From Alphaproteobacteria bacterium (GTDB lineage: Bacteria; Pseudomonadota; Alphaproteobacteria; SP197): DNA of 64,000 nucleotides. Below the pieces are notes generated by a model. It was given only the letters and a program-made list of their open reading frames with translations, was not told where the DNA came from and made no database searches. The stretch covers positions 3,808,001-3,872,000 of the forward strand of contig OZ245842.1 of the NCBI GenBank assembly GCA_965228895.1, in the 5' to 3' direction. A program made the translations under genes and the position numbers. Below, piece after piece: positions 10,455 through 20,104 of this stretch (positions within the stretch are counted from its first letter, which is position 1; the number at the start of each line of letters is the position of its first letter).

Positions 10455-11807
10455 ATGAGCGAGGGGGACCGCAGCGAATCCAACCGGCTGACCGGCCGCG
10501 TGACGCGTTATGCCCGCGTCGGCACCTCGGTTGGCCGGGTTGCCGCGCGCATGGGTGCCGAGCGTTTGTTCGGTCTGGAGACCAACAGCGCCGAAGCGGC
10601 CGCTGCGCTACGCAACGCGCTCGGCGGCCTCAAGGGGCCGCTGATGAAGGTCGCCCAGCTTCTGGCGACCATCCCCGATGCCCTGCCCGCCGAATACGCC
10701 GGCGAACTCGCGCAGTTGCAATCGAACGCGCCGGCCATGGGCTGGCCCTTCGTGCGCCGACGGATGGCGAGCGAACTGGGGCCGGACTGGCAGGACCGCT
10801 ACAAGAACTTCGAGCACGAGGCCGCCGCCGCCGCCTCGCTTGGCCAGGTGCATCGCGCGGTCTCCCATGACGGCAGAGACCTCGCGTGCAAGCTGCAGTA
10901 TCCGGACATGCAGTCGGCGGTCGAAGCCGACCTCAATCAGCTCAAGATCATCTTCGCCGTCTACCGCCGCTACGACCGCGCGATTGATCCCAGCCGCATC
11001 CACGATGAGATCGCCGCGCGCCTGCGCGAGGAACTCGACTACGACCGCGAGGCCCGCCACCAGTCGCTCTACCGGATGATGCTGCAGGACCAGGCGATGG
11101 TCCACGTGCCGGAGGTCGTGCCGGAGCTTTCGACCAAGCGCCTCCTCACCATGGATTGGATGGACGGCGAGCCCCTGATGAACTTCCTGGGCGAGACGCC
11201 GGAGCACCGCGCCCAGCTCGCCATGGCGATGTTCCACGCCTGGTACGTGCCGTTCTACGGCTACGGCGTCATTCACGGCGACCCGCATCTCGGCAACTAC
11301 AAGGTCCGGCCCGACATGTCGGTCAGCCTGCTCGACTTCGGCTGCGTGCGCGTCTTCCATGCCCGCTTCGTCAAGGGCGTCATCGACCTCTATAACGCGC
11401 TCGAGACCGACGACCGCGACCTCGCCGTCCACGCCTACGAGACCTGGGGATTCACCGGTCTCTCCAACGAGGTCATCGACACGCTGCACCTGTGGGCGGA
11501 GTTCATCTACGCCCCGCTGCTGGAAGACAAACCGCGCGCCATCCACGACGAGGGCAGCATGTACGGTGCGCGCATCGCGTCCAAGGTCCATGCCCGCCTG
11601 CGCGAACTGGGCGGCGTCACCGTGCCGCGCGAGTTCGTCTTCATGGACCGCGCCGCCATCGGGCTCGGCTCCGTCTTCATGCACCTGGAAGCCGAGGTCA
11701 ACTGGCACCGTTTGTTCAAGGACCTGATCGCCGGTTTCGACGAAGACAAACTGCTGAAACGGCAGACTGAAGCGATGGCCGAAGTCGGATTGACTCCGCC
11801 GGATTAG
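10455..11807 (+). CDS. ABC1/AarF/UbiB-family atypical kinase
   Basis: 'KVAQ', 'AAASLGQVH', 'CKLQYP', 'EELDY', 'HGDPHLGN', 'LLDFG'. Confidence 0.93.
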   Translation: MSEGDRSESNRLTGRVTRYARVGTSVGRVAARMGAERLFGLETNSAEAAAALRNALGGLKGPLMKVAQLLATIPDALPAEYAGELAQLQSNAPAMGWPFVRRRMASELGPDWQDRYKNFEHEAAAAASLGQVHRAVSHDGRDLACKLQYPDMQSAVEADLNQLKIIFAVYRRYDRAIDPSRIHDEIAARLREELDYDREARHQSLYRMMLQDQAMVHVPEVVPELSTKRLLTMDWMDGEPLMNFLGETPEHRAQLAMAMFHAWYVPFYGYGVIHGDPHLGNYKVRPDMSVSLLDFGCVRVFHARFVKGVIDLYNALETDDRDLAVHAYETWGFTGLSNEVIDTLHLWAEFIYAPLLEDKPRAIHDEGSMYGARIASKVHARLRELGGVTVPREFVFMDRAAIGLGSVFMHLEAEVNWHRLFKDLIAGFDEDKLLKRQTEAMAEVGLTPPD

Positions 11808-11873
11808 ACGTCCGACCAACGCCGATACGGTCGGTGTCCTTCCTCCAAGATAGAAGACGCATTCGCGCGCTAG

Positions 11874-11935
11874 TGCACCCCCGCAACTGTAGGCGGCGAG
11901 CGACACGCCACCGGCCAAGTTGGCTCGGAATGCGG
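11874..11935 (+). other. Partial/degenerate cobalamin-riboswitch core
   Basis: TGCACCCCCGCAACTGTAGGCGGCGAGC...GCCACCGG..TCGGAATGC matches the central consensus. The 5' AGGGAA and 3' B12 box are not found. Confidence 0.4.
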
Positions 11936-12006
11936 GCGTTCCTTCCATAACATTGACCGTGTTCTGCGTCTAAGATGCGGCCCAGTAGCAGTAGGGAAGA
12001 CCGACC

Positions 12007-12648
12007 ATGACCTTGTCTCTCGTACGCGCCGGTGGCCTGGCGGTTGCCGCCTTGATCCTGGCGACCACGCCCGGCCACGCCGCCAGTCCCAGTTTTGACT
12101 GCGCAAACGCGTCATCATCGACAGAAAAGCTGATCTGTGGCGACGACCAACTTGCCGCCTTCGATGTCGAGCTCGCCAGGCTTTATGGGCTGGCACGCGA
12201 CAGCGCCGACCTGACCGACGAACAGCGCGACGCGCTGACCGCCAGCCAGCGCGACTGGATCGGCGAGCGCGACGACTGCGCGAAGGCCGAGGATGAGCGG
12301 GCCTGCGTCGAGAATGCCTATGTCACCCGCATCGCCGCGCTGCGCGAGACCTATCCGGCGACGCGCGGCGGCGACGACAAGGGTATCAGCCTGGGCCCGT
12401 TCGATGTCGCCTGCAAGGGTCTGGGTGCCCCGGCGACGCTGACCTTCATCAACAGCGATCCCGCCATCGCCTACCTGACATGGGCCGATCAGGCTCTGCT
12501 CCTGACCCAGGGCCGGTCGGGATCGGGCGCGCGCTACGTCATCGAAACCAAGGAAGGCGAGATCGTCTTCTGGAACAAGGGCAACCAGGCGATGTTCCAA
12601 CGACCGGGCAAGGACGAATTGACGTGCGATATCACCAAGCGGTCCTAG
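12007..12648 (+). CDS. Exported LprI + MliC lysozyme-inhibitor-domain protein
   Basis: Signal peptide; 'SPSFDC..A...EKLIC', 'QRDWIGERDDC'; MliC motif 'SGSGARY...FWNKG'. Confidence 0.85.
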   Translation: MTLSLVRAGGLAVAALILATTPGHAASPSFDCANASSSTEKLICGDDQLAAFDVELARLYGLARDSADLTDEQRDALTASQRDWIGERDDCAKAEDERACVENAYVTRIAALRETYPATRGGDDKGISLGPFDVACKGLGAPATLTFINSDPAIAYLTWADQALLLTQGRSGSGARYVIETKEGEIVFWNKGNQAMFQRPGKDELTCDITKRS

Positions 12649-12749
12649 AGCGGGTCGTGGCGAGCCGGCGCGGCCTTGCCTGTGGTCGGGATATGCGCGA
12701 AACGATTTCTACACCGACCACGGTGACCGCCTGAAAGGGAGCATAGGCC

Positions 12750-13280
12750 ATGTTGATCGACGCCATTGCCATCGGCGACAACCCGCCCGACGACGTCAAT
12801 GTCATCATCGAGGTCTCGGTCGGCGGTCAGCCGATAAAATACGAGATGGACAAGGAGGCCGGCACGCTGGTGGTCGACCGGTTCCTCTATACGCCGATGA
12901 GCTATCCCGGCAATTACGGCTTCGTGCCGCACACGCTCGCCGAGGACGGCGACCCCATCGATGTGCTGGTCTGTAACACCCGCGAGCTGATGCCTGGCTG
13001 CGTCATCAACGTCAAGCCCATCGGCGCCTTGATGATGGAGGACGACTCGGGCCGCGACGAGAAGATCATCGCCGTGCCGTCCTCGCGCCTGACGAAACGT
13101 TATGAGGGCATCTTTCACTTCTATGACTTGCCGACCATTACGTTGCAGCAGATCCAGCACTTCTTCGAACACTACAAAGACTTGGAACCCGGCAAGTGGG
13201 TCAAGATCGGCGACTGGATGGATGCGACCCTGGCGCGCCAGATGATCACCGACGCCATCGAACGCGCCAAATCCGGCTGA
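12750..13280 (+). CDS. ppa: Inorganic pyrophosphatase (family I)
   Basis: 'KYEMDK', '[12 protein letters not shown]', 'DGDPID', '[10 protein letters not shown]'. Confidence 0.97.
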   Translation: MLIDAIAIGDNPPDDVNVIIEVSVGGQPIKYEMDKEAGTLVVDRFLYTPMSYPGNYGFVPHTLAEDGDPIDVLVCNTRELMPGCVINVKPIGALMMEDDSGRDEKIIAVPSSRLTKRYEGIFHFYDLPTITLQQIQHFFEHYKDLEPGKWVKIGDWMDATLARQMITDAIERAKSG

Positions 13281-13413
13281 TTTCCGCTGTTTTGGTCCGG
13301 GCCACGCGGCACCAGGCCGGGCCCGTTCGGCTTTCTTCACGGCATCACCGACGAAAGGTTGTGTGGTCCCTCACCGAGCCATTAAGCTGGCCGCAATAAG
13401 CGCGGAGGAACCC

Positions 13414-13860
13414 ATGAGGTTGGGCCGGTCTCGGCACCACCCCGCGAGCGCACAGGAAGGGATTGGGCCAGGCGGAGATACCTCCGTCCTGGGGCCGGAT
13501 CTCGTCGTTGACGGCCATCTGGAGTCGACCGGCGAGGTTCATGTCCACGGTACGCTTGCCGGGGACATTCACGCTCCCAAGGTAACCGTATGCCCCGACG
13601 GCAAGATCGAGGGTAATGTGGTCGCCAAGGAAGCTTGTATCGGGGGGCGGCTCGACGGTCGCGTGATTGCGCCGTTCGTGGTCGTTGAGGAAACGGGTGC
13701 CGTCGTGGGACGAATCTTTCATCACCAGATTACCGTCGCCAAAGGCGCCTTTGTGGACGGCCGCATGCCGTGGCGTCCGCTCAACCATTTTGACGAGAGC
13801 GCTTCACTTTTGGAGGAACTAACCAGTGAGCATGTTCACAAAGAACGATCAGGGGACTGA
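13414..13860 (+). CDS. Bactofilin (polymer-forming cytoskeletal protein) 1
   Basis: 'SVLGPDLVVDGHLESTGEVHVHGTLAGDI...G.IEGNV'. GGAGGA RBS before ATG 13414. Confidence 0.85.
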   Translation: MRLGRSRHHPASAQEGIGPGGDTSVLGPDLVVDGHLESTGEVHVHGTLAGDIHAPKVTVCPDGKIEGNVVAKEACIGGRLDGRVIAPFVVVEETGAVVGRIFHHQITVAKGAFVDGRMPWRPLNHFDESASLLEELTSEHVHKERSGD

Positions 13861-14326
13861 TCAGTCCCGTCCGGCGCACGAACCGCAGCAGGCGGCGCCG
13901 GCGGCGAGCTCTGTGCCGGGGACCCATCAGGTGGTGTCGGTCATCAGTCCCGGTCTGACCGTGACCGGCAATCTGGAAAGCGAGGGCGCGATCCAGGTCG
14001 ACGGCACCATTGAAGGCGATGTGCGCGGCAATTCGGTCGTCGTCGGCGAAGGCGCCACCATCAAGGGCGCGGTCTATGGCGATACGGTCAAGGTTGCCGG
14101 CAAGATCGAAGGCAAGATCGAGGCCCAGTCGGTCTCCGTCACCCGCTCTGGCCATATGAAGGGCGACATCATTCACGAGCGCCTGGAGATCGAAGGCGGC
14201 GCCCATGTCGATGGCCACTGCCAGCCGACCTTCAAAAAGGACGCCGGCAAGGTCACGCAGCTTAAGCCGGCCGCCGAGACGAACAAGGCATCCGATAGCA
14301 GCAAAACGGCCAACGCCGACAGCTGA
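13826..14326 (+). CDS. Bactofilin 2
   Basis: 'MSMFTK' membrane-targeting-like N-terminus; 'SVISPGLTVTGNLESEGAIQVDGTIEGDV'; GGAGGA RBS. Confidence 0.92.
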   Translation: MSMFTKNDQGTDQSRPAHEPQQAAPAASSVPGTHQVVSVISPGLTVTGNLESEGAIQVDGTIEGDVRGNSVVVGEGATIKGAVYGDTVKVAGKIEGKIEAQSVSVTRSGHMKGDIIHERLEIEGGAHVDGHCQPTFKKDAGKVTQLKPAAETNKASDSSKTANADS

Positions 14327-14338
14327 AGCGTATGATGG

Positions 14339-14472
14339 GCGCGCGGGCGAGAGCAAGTTCGTCTCGGATTGATTCAATGCGAAACGTGAATCTTGCTCTC
14401 CTTCGATAGATTGGAGACCGATTCACATCCACATCGCTGCGATGCGGATGATCGGACTCCACGCCCGCGCGC
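14339..14472. repeat. RIME/CIR-like two-hairpin intergenic repeat, diverged copy
   Basis: GAGAGCAAG...GTGAATCTTGCTCTC, spacer CTTCGATAGATT, then GGAGACCGATTCACATCC...GGATGATCGGACTCC. Enclosed by an 11-bp inverted repeat, GCGCGCGGGCG. Confidence 0.65.
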
Positions 14473-14618
14473 TGAGATGAGGGCGGCATTGAAGTCGCGG
14501 CCCCTATCTGCCCTCCCCAGCGTGGCGACCGTCACGTATGCCTTACCTATTGGTTGCGTGTATTTGTCCCGACATGATACAGATTGCGCCGTTTCGTACC
14601 GATTCGGCACAGGGGATC

Positions 14619-16064
14619 ATGGCAAAACGCGTACTTATCGTTGACGACGACCCCATCCAACGGCGGCTCTACAGCGACATCGTAGGGTCGATGGGGTATC
14701 AGGCTTCGACCGCCGATGACGGCGAAACCGCTATCAGCACGTTGCTGGGCGGTCAAAGCAACGGCATTGCCGATGCCGTGTTGCTTGATCTCAACATGCC
14801 GGGTGTCGACGGTATGGCCGTCTTGGAACGGCTGTCGCCAGCTCTGCCGGAACTGCCGATCGTTGTCTTGACCGGCCACGGCGGCGTCGACACGGCGGTC
14901 AAGGCAATGCGCGCCGGCGCCGTCGATTTTGTCGTCAAACCTGTCAGCCCGGAGCGTCTTGCGGTCACCCTCGACAATGCCATGAAGCTCGGTTCCCTCA
15001 GGGGCGAAGTCTCGCGCCTGGAGCGTCAGGCCGAGGAAGGCATCTCGTCGGTCGACATCATAGGCTCCAGCGCCGGGCTGACCGCCACGGTCGATTTGGC
15101 CGGCCGCGCCGCGCAGTCTCAGATCCCGGTCCTGATCGAAGGCGAAAGCGGCGTCGGCAAGGAACTCTTTGCCCGCTACATTCAAAGCTGCGGGCCCCGC
15201 TCCGACATGCCGATGGTCACCGTCAACTGCGGCGCCATTCCGGAGAACCTGATCGAAAGCCTGTTGTTCGGTCATGAGAAAGGTTCGTTCACCGGCGCCT
15301 CGGCCAAGCATATCGGCAAGTTTCAGGAGGCCAGTGGCGGCACGCTTTTCCTGGACGAGATCGGCGAGCTCCGGACCGACATGCAGGTCAAGCTGCTGCG
15401 CGCGCTCCAGGAAGGCCAGATCGATCCGGTCGGCGCCAAGAAGCCGGTCGATGTTGATGTTCGCCTGATCGCCGCGACCAACCGCGATCTCTTTCAGATG
15501 GTCGAGGAAGGCGGTTTCCGCGAAGACCTTTATTACCGCATCAACGTCTTCCCGCTTCACGTGCCGCCGCTCAGGGAACGCGGTGAAGACGTCCCCTCCC
15601 TGATCGACCACTTCATCCAGCGCTTTGCCCTGCGCGAGGGCAAACAGGTCACCGGGATCGATGAATCGGCCCTCGCCATGCTGGTCGACTACCCCTGGCC
15701 CGGCAATGTGCGCCAGCTTGAGAACGCTGTGTTCCGCGCCGTCGTGCTGTGTGACGGCACGGCGCTGACACCGGCCGACTTCCCGCATATTGCGCGCGCC
15801 CAGGGTGTCCCCGTGGCTAGCGATACAGGCAGCGGCACGCGCGCCGCACCGGGCGGCGCCGGTAACGGCACCCAGCTTGGCCTGATCACCGGCGATGGCA
15901 GCTTGCGCCCGCTCGCCGACGTCGAGGCGGATGTCATCCGTTTTGCGCTGGAACACCACAAAGGGCAGATGTCGAAGGTCGCCCGTCAACTCGGCATCGG
16001 CCGCTCGACGCTCTACCGCAAGGTCCGCGAACTCGGCCTCGATGCACCGGCCGGCGACAATTGA
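14619..16064 (+). CDS. Sigma54-dependent response regulator (NtrC family, TacA-like)
   Basis: REC domain 'VLIVDDD...LLDLNMP', Walker A 'GESGVGKE', 'GSFTGA', 'LFLDEIGE', C-terminal Fis HTH 'LGIGRSTLYRK'. Confidence 0.93.
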   Translation: MAKRVLIVDDDPIQRRLYSDIVGSMGYQASTADDGETAISTLLGGQSNGIADAVLLDLNMPGVDGMAVLERLSPALPELPIVVLTGHGGVDTAVKAMRAGAVDFVVKPVSPERLAVTLDNAMKLGSLRGEVSRLERQAEEGISSVDIIGSSAGLTATVDLAGRAAQSQIPVLIEGESGVGKELFARYIQSCGPRSDMPMVTVNCGAIPENLIESLLFGHEKGSFTGASAKHIGKFQEASGGTLFLDEIGELRTDMQVKLLRALQEGQIDPVGAKKPVDVDVRLIAATNRDLFQMVEEGGFREDLYYRINVFPLHVPPLRERGEDVPSLIDHFIQRFALREGKQVTGIDESALAMLVDYPWPGNVRQLENAVFRAVVLCDGTALTPADFPHIARAQGVPVASDTGSGTRAAPGGAGNGTQLGLITGDGSLRPLADVEADVIRFALEHHKGQMSKVARQLGIGRSTLYRKVRELGLDAPAGDN

Positions 16065-16100
16065 TCGGTCAAAACGTCCCCCGCAACCTGAGACCCTAGA

Positions 16101-16886
16101 ATGAGCCTCGCCTCGCTGCCGGTGTGGCTGGGCGCCACCATCTTCGTGGTTTTGACGTGCGCCCTGTCGTTGCTGTTTTACGCCATAGCGCGGCGACTCC
16201 TGGCGCGCAGGACAAGCGACGACACGGGCCGACTAGCAGACTCCGTTGTCTTTCGCATCGGTGCCCTACACAGCCTGATCCTCGCTCTCGTCTTCGCCCA
16301 GGAGGAGGTCAACTACGCCAGCCTCCACGAGACAGTCAGCACCGAGGTCGCGGCGATCGGCGATATCTTCTACGACCTCGCCCGCTACGATGCCGAAGCC
16401 AACCGGCCACTCCAGGAACAGGTGGTCGGGTATGTCGAGATCGTTGCCGAAACCGAGTGGTCAGCGCTTGCCGCCGGCGGCTTGAGTACCGATGCCTGGA
16501 TTGCGTGGGACAGCGTTTATGTCGGCGTGCTCGACCTGGAGCCCCAATCGGGACGTCAGACGTCACTGCGCGACAGCTTGTTGCGCGATCTCGACATCAT
16601 CTCCGACAGCCGCAACGACCGCGAACTCGCCGCCATCGAATCGGTGACCGACATATTTTGGTTCGCCGCCATCTTCGGGCTGATTCTGGTTGTCACATCG
16701 TACTTCAACTTCAAACCGAGCCCGATCAACCTGGCGCTGTTGACGGGCTTTGCCGCCTATAACGGCCTGATCCTCTTCTTTATTGCCGCCATGAACAATC
16801 CGTTCGCCGATCCGGCTGCCCTGCAACCCACGGCTTTCGAACGCCTCGGTCAGGAGTTGCGCAGCGATCTTCCGGGCACCAGCTAG
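16101..16886 (+). CDS. Integral membrane protein (DUF4239/bestrophin-like)
   Basis: Two N-terminal and two C-terminal hydrophobic helices around a soluble helical region; ends 'NNPF'. Confidence 0.65.
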   Translation: MSLASLPVWLGATIFVVLTCALSLLFYAIARRLLARRTSDDTGRLADSVVFRIGALHSLILALVFAQEEVNYASLHETVSTEVAAIGDIFYDLARYDAEANRPLQEQVVGYVEIVAETEWSALAAGGLSTDAWIAWDSVYVGVLDLEPQSGRQTSLRDSLLRDLDIISDSRNDRELAAIESVTDIFWFAAIFGLILVVTSYFNFKPSPINLALLTGFAAYNGLILFFIAAMNNPFADPAALQPTAFERLGQELRSDLPGTS

Positions 16887-17678
16887 GTGACTGCCTGGCC
16901 GACACGCCAAGACCGGCTGATCAGGTCGACGCCGTGGTCGTGTGGCGTCAAAGCGGCCTTTCTTCTCGCCACAGTGCTCCTGTGGTCGCCGGCGGCGCAA
17001 TCCCAGGAAACTCCGGTCGCGTTGGAGCTCGTGCTTCTGGCTGATTCCTCGTCATCGATCCGCGGGCCGGAGTTCGACCTGCAGATCAGCGGTTACGCCC
17101 TGGCGTTTCAGGATGCCGGCGTGATCGATGCGATCATGGAACTGGGCGAAGGCGGCCTGGCCGTTACCTTTGTCCAGTGGAGCGCGACGTTTCAACAATA
17201 CGACTCCGTCGCCTGGACCCACATCCTAACGCCTGTTGATGCGATAGCTTTCGGCCAGGCCATCGAGAGCCAGGCACGCAAATTCACCGGTTTCGGCACC
17301 GCGACCGGGTCGGCCATCGCCCACGGCATTGCGGCGTTTGACGACAACGGCTTCGATGGCCGGCGACGCGTTATCGACCTGTCGTCGGATGAACACTCGA
17401 ACCAGGGGCCGCATCCGGGCGGGCTGCGCAACGACATTATCGCCCGCGGCATCACCCTTAACGGCCTGGCCATCCTGGACGACAACTTCGCGTTGGAGCA
17501 GTACTTCCGCCAACACGTGATCGCGGGACCCGGCGCTTTCGTCATGGCGGTCGCGAGCTATGACGACTTCGCCGAAGCGATCAAACTGAAACTGATCCGC
17601 GAAATTTCCGACGAGCCGTTCGCATCGCTTCCCGACAGACATGGCCTTGGTGCAGTGATCCAAGTACGCTATCCCTGA
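16887..17678 (+). CDS. Exported DUF1194 (vWA-like) protein
   Basis: 'LELVLLADSSSSI' MIDAS-like motif, 'RRVIDLSSD', 'VIAGPGAFV', 'KLIREIS'. Start uncertain. Confidence 0.8.
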   Translation: MTAWPTRQDRLIRSTPWSCGVKAAFLLATVLLWSPAAQSQETPVALELVLLADSSSSIRGPEFDLQISGYALAFQDAGVIDAIMELGEGGLAVTFVQWSATFQQYDSVAWTHILTPVDAIAFGQAIESQARKFTGFGTATGSAIAHGIAAFDDNGFDGRRRVIDLSSDEHSNQGPHPGGLRNDIIARGITLNGLAILDDNFALEQYFRQHVIAGPGAFVMAVASYDDFAEAIKLKLIREISDEPFASLPDRHGLGAVIQVRYP

Positions 17679-17740
17679 CGTAGGGCCCTGAAGTCAGGGA
17701 TCGGATCGGAGAACGAGCCATCGAAACCCAGCGCCAGCCT

Positions 17741-19435
17741 TTGCTTGAGACACCATTGCGACCGCCGGAAACCGTCATGCGGCTGGCGCGGCTTGGCGCG
17801 TTTCATCAGTCGCGCCTGTCCTTCATGCGTGTCCTGCTTCGCCGCCTGAAACGCGACGCCTGGACCTTCGAGCGCCCGATCTTCGAGATTGATGAAAGGG
17901 CCGTCGGCACCGCCGTCTACACGGCGCGGGGGCCGGAGCGGGCCTATAGCCTGGTCTGTTTCGCGCACGATCTGCCGGCCGATCAGCGCTCCGACCGCGT
18001 CATCGCGCATGCGTGGGACGCCACCTTCACGCTGTTTGACGGCGTGCCGACACCCGACGACATCGAACGCCTCGCCGACAACGTGCCGAAGCAGGAGGCG
18101 GGACGCGTCAGCGACCGCGAGATCAGCCTGTCGCGCGCCAACCGGTCGGTGCGTCTGTTCGACTATGTCGTCGATTGCCTTGCCGCCGGCCGCCAGCCCG
18201 ATGCCGAGAAGGTCGAAGCGGTCGGCTATCTGATGCGCACCACCGCGGTCTACGGCTCCGGCAAGTTCGGCGCCGCCGACCGTGAGGTCATCGCCGATCG
18301 CGCGGAGTTCGCCGGGCCGTTCCAGGCCGAAATGCTGTCGGTCTACCTGACCCGCGCCTTTGTCCTGGATCTGGTCGAACACCTCGCGCAATTGCGCGCG
18401 CCTGACACGGCCGTCCCGCTCGACACGGCATTGCGCCGATGTTTCGGCGTCGGCAACTCGACGGGGTTGGGACTGGCCCCCTTCATCGTCAACCACCCGG
18501 CTCTTCTGAACAACTGGATCGCCGCGCGCGAGACCGCCTTGGCGCGGGTGCGCGCCCTGCCCGCCGCTGCACCGCAAGAAACAAGCTGCTTCCGCACCAT
18601 GCTGGCGCGCGCCGTTGTCAATGCCCAGACATGGCGCTCGGAACACCCGCTGCAACTGGAGAAACTGGCCGCGCTCAAGGCCGACCTCGCCAAGCTCGAA
18701 CGTCATGTCGACAGCGGCGCCCTGGACGGTGACGCGCCGTGGGACCGCCTCTACCTCTGGGCCGAAGACAACCTGTCCTTCGAAGGCCAGGAACAATTGG
18801 TCTCGCTGATGTTGGAGCCTTATGGCGCGCTGGTCGATGATCTCGCCGACACCATGGGCGCGGATGAAGGCGCGGCGTTCCGCATCGATGGCGCCATGCC
18901 GATCGACCGGCTGCGTGCGATCGCCGAGGAGATCTACGGCTGGACCCGTGCCGTCGACTGGGGCGCGCCGGAGAACCGGGCCCGCGTGTGGTATGTCTCC
19001 CAGGAAAAGCTGGAACCGCGCCTGGGCGAACGTTTCGAAGAACCGATCGAGCCTTATGAGCAGCCGCTGGCGCCGGGCCGTGACGCCGCGGCCATGATGC
19101 GCGACCTCGACGCCTGGGCGATGGACACGACCAACGACAACAAGGTCGCGGCCTTCCTGCTCGCCCACCCCGAACACCGTCACATCGTGCGGCGCGCCCA
19201 GATCACCGCGCGCTTTCCTTATGCCGAGATCCGCGACAACACGATCTCGGCCGAATTGCTGCCGATCGATCTCCTGCGCTGCAAGCTCGCTTATTTCGGC
19301 GCGACCCACTTCGACCCGCGCTCCGACCGCTGGCTGCGCATCAACATGTTCCAGAACGCGCCCTTCCCGTATGAGCTCGCCACGGGCGAGGCCGACGACT
19401 GGGGCTATCCGCCGCTGCCCGACGTGGCGTCATAG
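17741..19435 (+). CDS. Conserved hypothetical protein (564 aa)
   Basis: Long ORF with host-like codon usage and motif-rich segments ('GYLMRTTAVYGSGKFG', 'GVGNSTGLGLAPF', 'FGATHFDPRSDRW'). No function recognised. Confidence 0.8.
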   Translation: MLETPLRPPETVMRLARLGAFHQSRLSFMRVLLRRLKRDAWTFERPIFEIDERAVGTAVYTARGPERAYSLVCFAHDLPADQRSDRVIAHAWDATFTLFDGVPTPDDIERLADNVPKQEAGRVSDREISLSRANRSVRLFDYVVDCLAAGRQPDAEKVEAVGYLMRTTAVYGSGKFGAADREVIADRAEFAGPFQAEMLSVYLTRAFVLDLVEHLAQLRAPDTAVPLDTALRRCFGVGNSTGLGLAPFIVNHPALLNNWIAARETALARVRALPAAAPQETSCFRTMLARAVVNAQTWRSEHPLQLEKLAALKADLAKLERHVDSGALDGDAPWDRLYLWAEDNLSFEGQEQLVSLMLEPYGALVDDLADTMGADEGAAFRIDGAMPIDRLRAIAEEIYGWTRAVDWGAPENRARVWYVSQEKLEPRLGERFEEPIEPYEQPLAPGRDAAAMMRDLDAWAMDTTNDNKVAAFLLAHPEHRHIVRRAQITARFPYAEIRDNTISAELLPIDLLRCKLAYFGATHFDPRSDRWLRINMFQNAPFPYELATGEADDWGYPPLPDVAS

Positions 19436-19451
19436 ACACCGGCGCCAAACG

Positions 19452-20102
19452 TTGATCTTCTCCTTCAACGAAATCGAGTCCATGAGCAAACGCGCCGCGC
19501 GTGGTGCGGGTCTCTCCTGGGGTTTGGCCGAAGAAGCCGGCAAGGCCGCGCGCTGGCTGGCCGAGCACAACGAGCCGGGCGCAGAAATGCTCGCCAGGCG
19601 GCTCGGCGACATCGATGGGGTGACATATGAGAGCCTTGCGCCCGCGATGCATAACGGCGTCTGGTGCGCGCGGCGCGGTCTGCTCTGCCCGCTGATCGCC
19701 GGGCCGATGTTGTCGGATCGGGCCGCCGACATCGCCGCCGGCAACGAACTGGTGCTCGGCCCCATCGCCGACCCCGTCTTTCTGGCACCCTACGCGGCGG
19801 CGGTCGCCAAACACACGGGTACGGCGATCAGCTTGCGATGGAACGAAGTCAGCTTGACCGTGACGGCCGACGGCCTGGCGGTCGACGGGCCGCGCGATCA
19901 GGTGGAGGTGACCGTCACCGACAGGGTGTCATGCGCCGCCGCCCCTACCACGCCGGCCGCATCGTCCCGGACTTTACGACGCCGCGAGGCCGACGCGGAC
20001 GCCTGGCGCCAGCTCAACACCTTCGCGCAGCGCACCTTTGCGCCCGCCACCGAAGAATCGCGTATGGCCGGCGCCGGCGCCGGGCTGGAAGATAACGATT
20101 AG
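19452..20102 (+). CDS. DUF3726-like protein
   Basis: 'SFNEIESMSKRAARGAGLSWGLAEEAG' start and 'FAPATEESRMAGAGAG' end. TTG start 16 nt after the upstream stop. Confidence 0.75.
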   Translation: MIFSFNEIESMSKRAARGAGLSWGLAEEAGKAARWLAEHNEPGAEMLARRLGDIDGVTYESLAPAMHNGVWCARRGLLCPLIAGPMLSDRAADIAAGNELVLGPIADPVFLAPYAAAVAKHTGTAISLRWNEVSLTVTADGLAVDGPRDQVEVTVTDRVSCAAAPTTPAASSRTLRRREADADAWRQLNTFAQRTFAPATEESRMAGAGAGLEDND

Positions 20103-20104
20103 GT

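Noticed and set aside
13330-14618. CtrA boxes upstream of the bactofilin and TacA-like genes
   Set aside because: I found no full TTAA-N7-TTAA site, only an isolated TTAA half-site.
19221-19451. Apparent 215-nt overlap or frameshift between the 564-aa gene and the DUF3726-like ORF
   Set aside because: An in-frame TTG at 19452, just after the upstream stop, gives a normal non-overlapping gene.
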